From positions 25,896 through 89,895 of the forward strand of contig JAQTQX010000019.1 in the NCBI GenBank assembly GCA_028712075.1: DNA of 64,000 nt, in the 5' to 3' direction. Under the pieces are notes generated by a model that searched no databases, was not told the DNA's origin, and saw only the letters and a program-made list of their open reading frames with translations. Position numbers and translations under genes: made by a program. This document shows positions 8,175 through 16,639 of this stretch, piece after piece. The stretch's first letter is position 1. The number at the start of each line of letters is the position of its first letter. The stretch is from Desulfuromonadaceae bacterium. GTDB taxonomy: Bacteria > Desulfobacterota > Desulfuromonadia > Geobacterales > Pseudopelobacteraceae.

Positions 8175-8486
8175 ATGGCAAGAAAAACCGGCAATTATCA
8201 TTCGGAACATATTGAGTGGTTAAAAGACCCGGAGAATGCAGCCGGATACCTTAATGCAGTCATTGAAGAGGAAGATAAAGACGCTTTGCTTTTGGCGCTT
8301 CGCAATATCGCTGGAGCGGAAGGCGGCATGGCAGCAGTCGCAGAAAAGGCGCATCTTAAGCGGGAGAGTCTGTACCGCATGCTTTCCCCCAGTGGCAATC
8401 CGGCCCTGTCAAACCTGTTTTCCATACTTCATGGCATGGGATTGAAAATGACTATTCAGCCGGATAAGGCGGTAACGGCAACTTGA
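8175..8486 (+). CDS. HigA-type addiction-module antidote protein (HTH)
   Basis: LKDPENAAGYLNAVIEEEDKDALLLALRNIA..AEKAHLKRESLYRMLSPSGNP.LSNL..IL.GMGLKMTI matches the antidote family usually paired with the GGDKSTQ toxin. Confidence 0.8.
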   Translation: MARKTGNYHSEHIEWLKDPENAAGYLNAVIEEEDKDALLLALRNIAGAEGGMAAVAEKAHLKRESLYRMLSPSGNPALSNLFSILHGMGLKMTIQPDKAVTAT

Positions 8487-8562
8487 CGCCGCTGGCAAAA
8501 CCTCCGGGATCAGGTTGGACTTTCAGACAATTGAATATCCATTACTACAACGGTAATCCGAT

Positions 8563-8674
8563 ATGCTCACCAACTACCTGCAAACCTTCTCCACCCTCCG
8601 CTCCGGCACCAGCCGCTCCCGCTGGACGGCAGCAACCAAATACCGCGCCCCGCACAAACCGCTGTTTCTGCTGG
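8563..8674 (+). pseudogene. Orphan 5' fragment of an HNH-endonuclease paralogue (repeat copy D)
   Basis: The ATG is retained. It translates as MLTNYLQTFSTLRSGTSRSRWTAATKYRAPHKPLFLLG and then diverges. About 20 nt upstream of the ATG also resembles the leader of the intact gene. Confidence 0.8.
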
Positions 8675-8755
8675 GGTGTGTTGGGGAATACACCTTTAAA
8701 AACTGGCCTGATTCGGCAGGTCGTGTGATCTGGTGCTTAAAGGAGGAGTACCGAT

Positions 8756-8989
8756 ATGACAGCAAAAGAAATTATCAAACTGTCCATCTTTGAAGGAAAA
8801 CAAATCAGAAAAACCGTTCATGCTGAAGAATGGTATTTTTCCGTTATTGATGTTGTCGCGATATTATCTGAATCACCAACTTCTCGCCAATACTGGGGGA
8901 AAGTCAAGAGGAGGGAATTTACTGACTTTCAGTTGTCCCCAGTTTGGGTACAACTGAAGCTTGAAGCCGACGATGGGGAAGCTGTATAG
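8756..8989 (+). CDS. Bro-N-like domain protein, probably C-terminally truncated (77 aa)
   Basis: A strong AAAGGAGG RBS precedes the start. FEGKQIRKTVHAEEWYFSVIDVVAILSES..SRQYW resembles Bro-N/antirepressor N-terminal domains. The protein ends abruptly after LKLEADDG. Confidence 0.5.
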   Translation: MTAKEIIKLSIFEGKQIRKTVHAEEWYFSVIDVVAILSESPTSRQYWGKVKRREFTDFQLSPVWVQLKLEADDGEAV

Positions 8990-9066
8990 GGGTCGTATCT
9001 CAACTTCGTACGTCTCAAAAGAATATTCCATGGCCAACCTAACCGACTCCCCCCCTAACAATATTT

Positions 9067-9095
9067 CGGGCGGAACCAGTAACTGGTTCCGCCCG
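9067..9095. terminator. 13-bp GC-rich hairpin downstream of the minus-strand PHP-like gene
   Basis: CGGGCGGAACCAG-TAA-CTGGTTCCGCCCG. The flanking U-tract is weak on both strands. Confidence 0.4.
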
Positions 9096-9127
9096 AATTG
9101 TCTGGTGATGCCCGGATTGAATGTTGA

Positions 9128-10975
9128 TTACTTGTCTTTTTTCTCTACTACTTTCACAACAACCGGATTCGAGTAGAACCAGAGATCGTCCCACGCCATG
9201 TCAGCATTGCTGGTGCCGGGAGTATTGATAAGCGGGCTGCCGTTTGCATCGGTACCATAGACAATTTTAGTTCCGGTGGAGTCCATCTGCTTCACGTCGT
9301 AGCCGAGGTTGGTGCCGCGAATACGGAAGAACATATTATTCTGCACATTCGGTACGTCGAAGGTCATGGTGGTGTAGCCGTCATGACTTTTCCATGAAGT
9401 GGCATCAAACGTCTTGACGATACTGGCAACCGTCGGATCGATTGTTTTGAACTCCGGATTCGGTGTTACGCCATCAGCAAGAAATTTGCCGGCCCTGGTC
9501 GGATTGATGCGGCCCTGAATCAGCTGAACATGGTGAACAGCCGGAGCTTTGCAGATATAGCCGGCAGAAGCGTTGACACCGGCCTGGCAGTTGTTGCCGG
9601 ATGGAGTTTTGAAGGCGATTTTGACAGTAGCGTTCTGTCCTTTTCTAACGAACAGGGTTTCACCCATGGTCGCAGTTTCTTCATCGTGATGATTCCCGGC
9701 CTGCACTTTAAAATCAAGTTCGTTGATCAGGTCACCATGTACGGAGAAGGCGTTGCCGGAACGGAGACCATTGACAACATCTTCCTGGGTATACACATTC
9801 TCATGATCGTGATCTTTTTCACTCTTTTCGTCGTGCTCGCTGTCCTTGTCCTTATGATCGTTATGGCTGTTCTGTTTTACCTTCACGTAGGTCTTCAGGT
9901 ATTCACCCGGCCAGAAGTCTGCACCGGCATCATTGTGAAAATCTGAACTGGCGAAGTTGTAAAACCTGCGGCCATCAGCCAGCAGGTTGTCCCAGAGGCC
10001 GCCGACAGTGGCGATGTAGTATCCCGCGCCGCCGTAGGTACCGCCACCACAAGCTCCTGCACCGAATCCGCCACGGCCTGTTTCTTTCTCATGGCCGGGG
10101 ATCCCTTCAAAACCGAAGGCAACGGTCGGTCCGTTGTCGTTGATATCGCGGAAGGCTGCGATGTTCCAGGCGCCACCGGTAAGGCCGCAGCCGGCCCGTT
10201 CAACATGAGCCGGAACCATGTAGCCGGTTGTCGGGTAGTTGGCCTGCATCCACTTGACGCCGTCGATTGTTTTGTTGTGCAATTTGTTTAAGCCGAGTGT
10301 AGAAGAGTAGTCAGGTGCAGAGGCGGTGTATTCTGAACTCTGTTTTTTTCCGGTCCACCCCATTTTGTCAGCGGTGTTGGTAGTCAACGTACCGTCAGAG
10401 TCGGAGTTGTCGAAGCGGTATTCGAATTCGGCAATCGGCAGTGCGTTCGCAGCGACAATGCCGGTGCTGCAATGCTCGTGCCCCGGCGGGTTCCACTCCA
10501 TCCCGGACATAGCCAATTTGTTCGGATAGTTGGCACGAATAGTATTGATCCAGTCAAATGCTCCCATGTATGCCGGTCCGGCGTAGCCCGGAATGTCAGA
10601 AGTGCTGATAAGGGTCTGCCAACGCCACATTTTGCCGGCATCACCGACTGCAGGGTTCGGTGAATAGGTGCTCCAGGCATTATTAAAGTTGTCCTTGCCG
10701 CTGGCTCCGCCATGTTCGCTGTTGGCCTGGAAATCGACTCCGAAGCGGTACCCCTGAGGAATTACCCCTCTCCTGTAGAGCCCGGCCGGTTCTTTCCACG
10801 GAAACGTGGCTATTACACCGGGAGCCGTCAGGTCATTCATCGGGTAGGAGCCATCGGTGTATGTTGTGTGCTGATGGAAATCACCGGTCATCCACTTCTC
10901 GCCGGCCAGGGCGCTTCCAGCCGACAACATTGCTACTGTGAGAACTGCTGCGCATACTTTGCTGTTTGCTTTCAT
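9128..10975 (-). CDS. secreted PHP-like metal-dependent phosphoesterase with His/Asp/Lys-rich insert
   Basis: Signal peptide MKANSKVCAAVLTVAMLSAGSALA. The N-terminal GDFHQHTTYTDGS resembles the PHP HxH motif, and further His motifs follow (NSEHGG, GHEHC, PAHVE, SSDFHND). It carries the insert HNDHKDKDSEHDEKSEKDHDHEN. Confidence 0.65.
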   Translation of the reverse strand: MKANSKVCAAVLTVAMLSAGSALAGEKWMTGDFHQHTTYTDGSYPMNDLTAPGVIATFPWKEPAGLYRRGVIPQGYRFGVDFQANSEHGGASGKDNFNNAWSTYSPNPAVGDAGKMWRWQTLISTSDIPGYAGPAYMGAFDWINTIRANYPNKLAMSGMEWNPPGHEHCSTGIVAANALPIAEFEYRFDNSDSDGTLTTNTADKMGWTGKKQSSEYTASAPDYSSTLGLNKLHNKTIDGVKWMQANYPTTGYMVPAHVERAGCGLTGGAWNIAAFRDINDNGPTVAFGFEGIPGHEKETGRGGFGAGACGGGTYGGAGYYIATVGGLWDNLLADGRRFYNFASSDFHNDAGADFWPGEYLKTYVKVKQNSHNDHKDKDSEHDEKSEKDHDHENVYTQEDVVNGLRSGNAFSVHGDLINELDFKVQAGNHHDEETATMGETLFVRKGQNATVKIAFKTPSGNNCQAGVNASAGYICKAPAVHHVQLIQGRINPTRAGKFLADGVTPNPEFKTIDPTVASIVKTFDATSWKSHDGYTTMTFDVPNVQNNMFFRIRGTNLGYDVKQMDSTGTKIVYGTDANGSPLINTPGTSNADMAWDDLWFYSNPVVVKVVEKKDK

Positions 10976-11263
10976 CGTTAATTTCTCCTTTTTTATTTGT
11001 TATTCTGTAAGTCGAAGTAACCGTAGCATACAATTGTTACAGCGGTATGCCATGTTTGAAAATGTTGGGTAACAATATCGAATGCCCATAAAACACCGTA
11101 TATAGGCACTTGGCGGGCTTTCACGGTCAGCGGTTATCTGGAAACAGGGATTGAATCTCCCCCGTAATTGTGGACAGTCCGAAAAGCTGCTACAAACAAG
11201 CGCGAAGGACGGTTATGGTATCGAAAAGAAAGGTATGAATGGCATCAAAGGAGACGGGACCTA

Positions 11264-11752
11264 ATGGCTGATCAATCAATAACACTCTGGATCATCGGGG
11301 CAGTCCTGACCTTCACCGGTCTTGCGGGGCTGTTACTGCCGCTGGTACCCGGAGCACCGCTGTTGTTTCTGGGATTACTCCTTGGTGCGTGGGCAGAAGG
11401 TTTCCGCTACATAGGTGTGTGGTCTCTACTGCTCCTGGCAGGAATGGCCGCATTGACCTATGTGGTGGAGTTTGCGGCATCAATCCTGGGCGTTAAAAAG
11501 TATGGCGGGTCGCGCAGAGCCATGGCAGGTGCCGCTCTGGGCGGTGTGGCAGGGATGTTTCTCGGAATTCCGGGAATTCTGCTCGGGCCGTTTGTGGGGG
11601 CGGTTATCGGAGAACTGTCGTTACAGCGCAGCCTGGATGAGGCATCCAGGGCTGGCTTTGGAACCGTGGTGGGTCTGGCTATAGGTGTAGCCGGCAAACT
11701 TGCCATCGGTATCGCCATGATTGGTATATTTCTGCTGATCCGCTTGACCTGA
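11264..11752 (+). CDS. DUF456-family membrane protein
   Basis: ATG 11264 has an AAGGAG RBS about 12 nt upstream. LLPLVPGAPLLFLGLL and the Gly-rich TM segments are typical of DUF456. Confidence 0.75.
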   Translation: MADQSITLWIIGAVLTFTGLAGLLLPLVPGAPLLFLGLLLGAWAEGFRYIGVWSLLLLAGMAALTYVVEFAASILGVKKYGGSRRAMAGAALGGVAGMFLGIPGILLGPFVGAVIGELSLQRSLDEASRAGFGTVVGLAIGVAGKLAIGIAMIGIFLLIRLT

Positions 11753-11893
11753 TATTCAGGGTAAAACTTATACCCGAATGAATATCCGGGAACATGATCG
11801 CGGTGTACTGCATTTGATCGCTTTTAGTGGCTCAATTGAAAAATAATGAAAATTATGAGCGTGTAGTGCTGAGGCAAATACCCCATTGATTGA

Positions 11894-12094
11894 ACCAGTT
11901 GTTCATTCCGGCGAGGTGCAAGTTTGGCAGCCTCAATCAGGGTGAGCTACCTTGAGATCAACGGCATATGGTTTGTGGGTGCCATGGATATGTTGATAGC
12001 GGCCCACGCCAAGAGCTGCGCCGCGACACTTGTAACCAACAATCTGTGAGAGTTTGGAAGAATCAAAGGGCTGACGTTATTAAACTGGGTTTAG
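11894..12094 (+). pseudogene. VapC (PIN) toxin C-terminal remnant with in-frame stop
   Basis: It translates as ..GAMDMLIAAHAKSCAATLVTNNL*EFGRIKGLTLLNWV*. There is an internal TGA at 12047-12049 and no N-terminal part. Confidence 0.5.
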
Positions 12095-12282
12095 CAGATT
12101 CACTTAAAGGTGGGCAACGGCTATATTTGCTGCCCAATTTGAATTGACTTTAATGATATTTAAACGTAAGTAACCGTGAAATGCATTCAAGTTGGTGACT
12201 ACCCGACGAGTCTTTATGGTTCAGCATCGTCTGTATCCACTGCTTTTGTGCCCGGTCTACTGGAACCGTTGAAGTAGGAGGT

Positions 12283-14415
12283 ATGTTCGTGAGGTTTAGT
12301 TATAAGGTGCAGTTCGGTTACATCCTTGGTGCAGTGATAATAGGAACCGTCGGCATTGTGGGGGTCAGGGGGGCAGATGAAATCAATAAGCACTCCGAGA
12401 TTATCTCGGAACACGTTCTCCCGACGATCAAAGCATTGGACGATATTCGTTATGCCGGTCTGCGTATAATTTCATCGGTAGTCGAAAGCGGGCTACTGGA
12501 AAATGCTGCAACAAGCGGCAGGTCGAATGAAATGGTTATGCAGGTAGAGCAACAACAGATCGGAGAAGGGGAAGAGCTTTATCGAAAATCCTTCGATAAT
12601 TTTGCAAAGCTGGTTGCAAGAGAACCCGATGAGAAACATTATATTGAAAAAATCGGATTTCAAGGCGAAAGCCTGCACCGGGAGGCCAGAGTTTTACTTG
12701 ACCTGATACATCATCATGCGGACAAGTCTGATATTTTTGAATCAAAGGAGCGCTTTGAAGAGATCGAGAGAAATTTCCTTCATTCGGTCAATAGTATGTT
12801 GGCTCAAGAGTACGTACATCTTGACAAGATCAAAAATGCAGAGACCAGATCCATCTCATCCACGGCAAGAACAACCGGAATCTTATCTTTTATCGCCGTA
12901 ATCACCGGATTGGGTTTCGGATATCGACTGTCATTGGCCATTGTCCGGCCGCTGAAGCTGTTGAGAGAAGGTGCTGCAAAAATTGAGAGAGGGGATCTGG
13001 AAGAGCAGATCAATGTGAAATCAAGTGACGAGGTCGGCGAGCTGGCAGCCGCATTCGAAAAGATGCGGATCGAGTTGAAAACGTCACGGGATAACATCGC
13101 TGTTGAAATCATTGAACGTCAACATGCCCAGGAAGAACTTAACAGGGCAAAAAACCATCTGGAAGAGCGAGTAAAAGAGCGAACGGATGATTTGAACAGG
13201 GCCTATGATAATTTATTTACCGAAATGGAGCAGCGCAAGCGCAGCGATAATGAACGGGAGAAGATGCAGGTTCAGCTAAATCAGGCACAAAAGATGGAAT
13301 TTGTCGGAAGACTGGCTGGGGGGATAGCCCATGATTTTAACAACCTGCTGACGGTCATTCTCGGATACGCAGATATCGCTCTCATGCAGACAGATCCAAC
13401 CCATCCTTTATTTGACAACCTTGAAGAAATTCGCAAAGCGGGCGAACGCTCAGCCGATCTTACCCGCCAACTGCTGGCTTATTCCCGCCAGCAGACCATC
13501 GAGCCTAAAGTGCTTGATCTTAACGAGATCGTGTCAGGGATGCTCAAAATGCTGCAACGACTCATAGGAGAGAGCATAGATCTCAATTGGCACCCGTTTT
13601 CGAGCCTCTGGTACACCAGGCTTGACCCTTCCCAGGTTGACCAGATAATAGCCAATCTGTGCATCAACGCCCGCGATGCCATTGAAGATGTCGGCAAGAT
13701 AACAATCAATACGGGAAACAGCGTCATTGATGAGGACTACATCGCCCTCCATCCGGGCCTTGTTCCAGGCGAGTACGTGTGGATTGCTGTCAGCGACAAT
13801 GGCTGCGGGATGGACAAGGAAACTCTGTCCCGCATCTTCGAACCGTTCTTTACGACCAAAGGCGTCGGCAAAGGAACCGGCTTGGGGTTGGCAACAGTGT
13901 TCGGCATCGTCAAGCAAAACAATGGATACGTGGATGTGCAGAGCGAGCCGGGATCAGGAACCACGTTCAGGATCTATATGCCCCGACATGTCGGAACGGA
14001 CGAGCAGATCCTGTCGAAAGACGATGCGAAACCGATCCCGCATGGTCAGGAGTCTATCCTGCTGGTGGAAGACGATCCGTCTATACTGAAATTGGCTACG
14101 AAGATACTCTCAAACCTGGGGTACAGAGTCTTAACTGCCAACAACCCGGTAGAAGCTATCAATCTTGCCAGGGAACATGAGGGGGAGGTTCATCTGGTTT
14201 TGACCGATGTGGTCATGCCTGAAATGAACGGTCGGGATCTGACCCAAAATCTGCTGTCCATCAATCCACAGATCAAATGCATGTACATGTCGGGATACAC
14301 GGGCGATATTATTGGCCACCATGGTGTACTTAATGAAGGAGAGCACTTCATTCAGAAGCCGTTCACTCCCCAGAGACTGGCGATCAAGGTTCGTGAGGTG
14401 CTGGATGGTAACTGA
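12283..14415 (+). CDS. hybrid sensor histidine kinase/response regulator (HAMP-HisKA-HATPase-REC)
   Basis: H-box IAHDFNNLLTVILGY. ATPase G-boxes DNGCGMD and GKGTGLGLA. C-terminal receiver LLVEDDP..LVLTDVVMPEMNG. A GTG at 12289 is better spaced from the AGGAGG RBS. Confidence 0.9.
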   Translation: MFVRFSYKVQFGYILGAVIIGTVGIVGVRGADEINKHSEIISEHVLPTIKALDDIRYAGLRIISSVVESGLLENAATSGRSNEMVMQVEQQQIGEGEELYRKSFDNFAKLVAREPDEKHYIEKIGFQGESLHREARVLLDLIHHHADKSDIFESKERFEEIERNFLHSVNSMLAQEYVHLDKIKNAETRSISSTARTTGILSFIAVITGLGFGYRLSLAIVRPLKLLREGAAKIERGDLEEQINVKSSDEVGELAAAFEKMRIELKTSRDNIAVEIIERQHAQEELNRAKNHLEERVKERTDDLNRAYDNLFTEMEQRKRSDNEREKMQVQLNQAQKMEFVGRLAGGIAHDFNNLLTVILGYADIALMQTDPTHPLFDNLEEIRKAGERSADLTRQLLAYSRQQTIEPKVLDLNEIVSGMLKMLQRLIGESIDLNWHPFSSLWYTRLDPSQVDQIIANLCINARDAIEDVGKITINTGNSVIDEDYIALHPGLVPGEYVWIAVSDNGCGMDKETLSRIFEPFFTTKGVGKGTGLGLATVFGIVKQNNGYVDVQSEPGSGTTFRIYMPRHVGTDEQILSKDDAKPIPHGQESILLVEDDPSILKLATKILSNLGYRVLTANNPVEAINLAREHEGEVHLVLTDVVMPEMNGRDLTQNLLSINPQIKCMYMSGYTGDIIGHHGVLNEGEHFIQKPFTPQRLAIKVREVLDGN

Positions 14416-15208
14416 CTCATATTGACTGAATAGTCATTTACACAGAATCGTTGACAAGTCCGATGATATCACTTTGACTTTTGCTTTTATGCCATGGATA
14501 ACCTGAATGAGTAAAGGCTGATCGTAATGCAACCGATCAGCCTTAAGTCCAAGTGAATGGATATCCTGTTTTGTCAGGATTATTGGGAAACGAAATAATG
14601 TTCCCCATTAGTAATAAACCAGTATGTGTTTGAAAAAGAACTATTTCGCTTACCTCATCTACTGCATGTACATCAGACAATCAGTCTAGCAAATGTGAAT
14701 CCGGGTGAGCCTGTAATGACAGGACTTAAGTGGAGGCATAACCCCCATGAATGAAACATATTCTATTGAGTTGTGAAATTACGATTCTTCCAAACCTCCT
14801 CTCGTCGAAGTGGCTTCCTTGTGAAATAACACTTAGCATAAAGCAGGCCAAATCGTACAAAAAACATAACCATTTGATATTGCGGATAAATAATATTGTC
14901 TAGGGCCATGTTTATATTGTGCTCAACGGCAGTTGCCGCGAATTAACGGCACGGCTGACTGGATATAGCGAAACCTCCGGAAATGTGCGGATACAGTCTG
15001 ATAAATTCTCCATCGTACCTGGCCTTGCAAACGGATCAGGTAATCCATTTCCGGTGATTGCGGCATCGGCAAGACAACCAACACCGATGCTCTATACCGG
15101 GCTTCCGATGCCGGCCCGTCCTGCCGATTTGGTATAAACAGCTTGACGCCTTCTCCACCCATCAATGGGTTGCTTACATCGGAGTTCAACCCGAATTCAA
15201 AATCGCGG

Positions 15209-16519
15209 TTACATCTTGTCACCTCGCAGATATTCTGCAAAAAGCTTTGTTGCACCACGTGAAGCACAGAAATCACCACACATGGTACAAGTATGTTCGT
15301 CTTCAGGTATACGGCTGGCTCGAATAGCCCTTGCATCATCCGGGAAGAGTGCCAAATCGAATTGTCGCTGCCAGTCCAAATCCCTTCTGGCTTTTGACAT
15401 TTCCTTGTCACGCTGACGGCTCCTTTCCGGATACTTGTTCATGTCACCGATGTAAGCTGCAATCTTTGCAGCTTTTACCCCCTGGCGAACATCATCCTCA
15501 TTGGGGAGGGCAAGGTGCTCTGCAGGAGTTATATAGCAGATGAGGTCGGCACCATGGCTCGATGATTGTGCTGCACCAATGGCGGCAGTGATATGGTCGA
15601 ATCCGGGAGCAACATCGGTGCAAATTGGACCAAGCATGTAATACGGTGCACCGCCACTCATTCGCTTCTGGAGCTGAATGTTTCCAGCTATTTCATCAAG
15701 TGGCACATGTCCGGGTCCCTCAACCAGCATCTGGCATCCCATGTCACGACCTATTTCCGCCAGTTCGCAATTGATGAGCAGCTCCTGGATTTGGGCACGG
15801 TCGGATGAATCGTGAATAGCCCCGGCTCGGAGTCCGTTGCCGAGAGATAATACGGTGTCGTATTTTTTCAGGATTCCAACTACTCGGTCGAACTGCTCAT
15901 ACAATGGGTTCTCACGGTTGTTGGCAAGCATCCAGGCTGCCATTGATACACCACCCTTGGATACCAGCCCACCGTAACGGTACCCCTGCTTGCGTAGCCG
16001 TTCGATGGTATAGAGATTGATGCCGCAGTGAACAGCCATGAAAGCCATGCCGTCGGCACACTGCTGCTCAATAAGGTCAAAGAGAAGTTCTTCATCAAGT
16101 TTGTTCGGGTCGCCATATTTGCGTGCAGCTTCACAGAACGCCTGATAAAGGGGGACATTACCAACCGGTAGTTCAACAGCAGCTATGACTTCACGCCTGA
16201 CCCGGTCCAAATCTCCACCGACTGAAAGCTCCATCAGTGTGTCAGCTCCTGACTCCTGTGCGGCAAGAGCTTTGCGTACCTCGGCTGTGTAGTCGATGAT
16301 GTCGCTGGATGTGCCGATGGAGGCATTCACCTTGGTACGCAGACCTTTGCCAATGCCGGCTATCCGTTCCGGTTTGCGATTGATATTCCAGGGTATGACA
16401 ATTTTTCCTCCGGCTACCATCTGGCGGATGTACTCTGCCGGCAGGTTTTCGTCAATTGCCACACGGCTCATCTGTTCGGTTATGGTTCCTTGTCGTGCTA
16501 CTTCAATCTGGGTTGGCAT
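15209..16519 (-). CDS. thiC: ThiC-family radical SAM enzyme; given the B12 riboswitch, probably 5-hydroxybenzimidazole synthase BzaF rather than HMP-P synthase
   Basis: ThiC-like sequence throughout, with the C-terminal CTMCGDFCA Fe-S motif. I place the start at ATG 16519, 6 nt after AAGGAG. The longer ORF in the track (to 16642) would cover the leader terminator and riboswitch. Confidence 0.85.
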   Translation of the reverse strand: MPTQIEVARQGTITEQMSRVAIDENLPAEYIRQMVAGGKIVIPWNINRKPERIAGIGKGLRTKVNASIGTSSDIIDYTAEVRKALAAQESGADTLMELSVGGDLDRVRREVIAAVELPVGNVPLYQAFCEAARKYGDPNKLDEELLFDLIEQQCADGMAFMAVHCGINLYTIERLRKQGYRYGGLVSKGGVSMAAWMLANNRENPLYEQFDRVVGILKKYDTVLSLGNGLRAGAIHDSSDRAQIQELLINCELAEIGRDMGCQMLVEGPGHVPLDEIAGNIQLQKRMSGGAPYYMLGPICTDVAPGFDHITAAIGAAQSSSHGADLICYITPAEHLALPNEDDVRQGVKAAKIAAYIGDMNKYPERSRQRDKEMSKARRDLDWQRQFDLALFPDDARAIRASRIPEDEHTCTMCGDFCASRGATKLFAEYLRGDKM

Positions 16520-16548
16520 TCGCATCTCCTTGGCTGGTATATGAGCGG

Positions 16549-16583
16549 AAAAACAAAAAACCCCTGTCGGGAATGGACAGGGG
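16549..16583 (-). terminator. Intrinsic terminator acting as the riboswitch expression platform
   Basis: On the minus strand it reads CCCCTGTCCATTCCCGACAGGGG followed by TTTTTTGTTT, about 30 nt upstream of the RBS. Confidence 0.75.
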
Positions 16584-16639
16584 CGCGAATGCCACGGAGA
16601 GGATAGCGGGCTTCGGCCCCTCTTTCCACGGAGGTTCCA

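Noticed and set aside
5662-8793. Track ORFs 5662-5940, 5751-5957, 6515-6799, 8483-8728 and 8563-8793 as real genes
   Set aside because: Their only protein-like parts are the repeated HNH 5' fragment, after which they continue into unrelated sequence. I interpret them as pseudogene fragments.
11020-11090. Inverted ATTGTTAC...GTAACAAT motifs between the PHP-like gene and the DUF456 gene as an operator
   Set aside because: The arms are short (8 nt) and separated by about 27 nt in an AT-rich promoter region. This is compatible with chance.
14919-15411. ORFs 14919-15137 (+) and 14923-15411 (-) in or overlapping the gap downstream of the ThiC-family gene
   Set aside because: They have no RBS and no recognisable motifs. 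They overlap each other and the 3' end of the ThiC-family gene.
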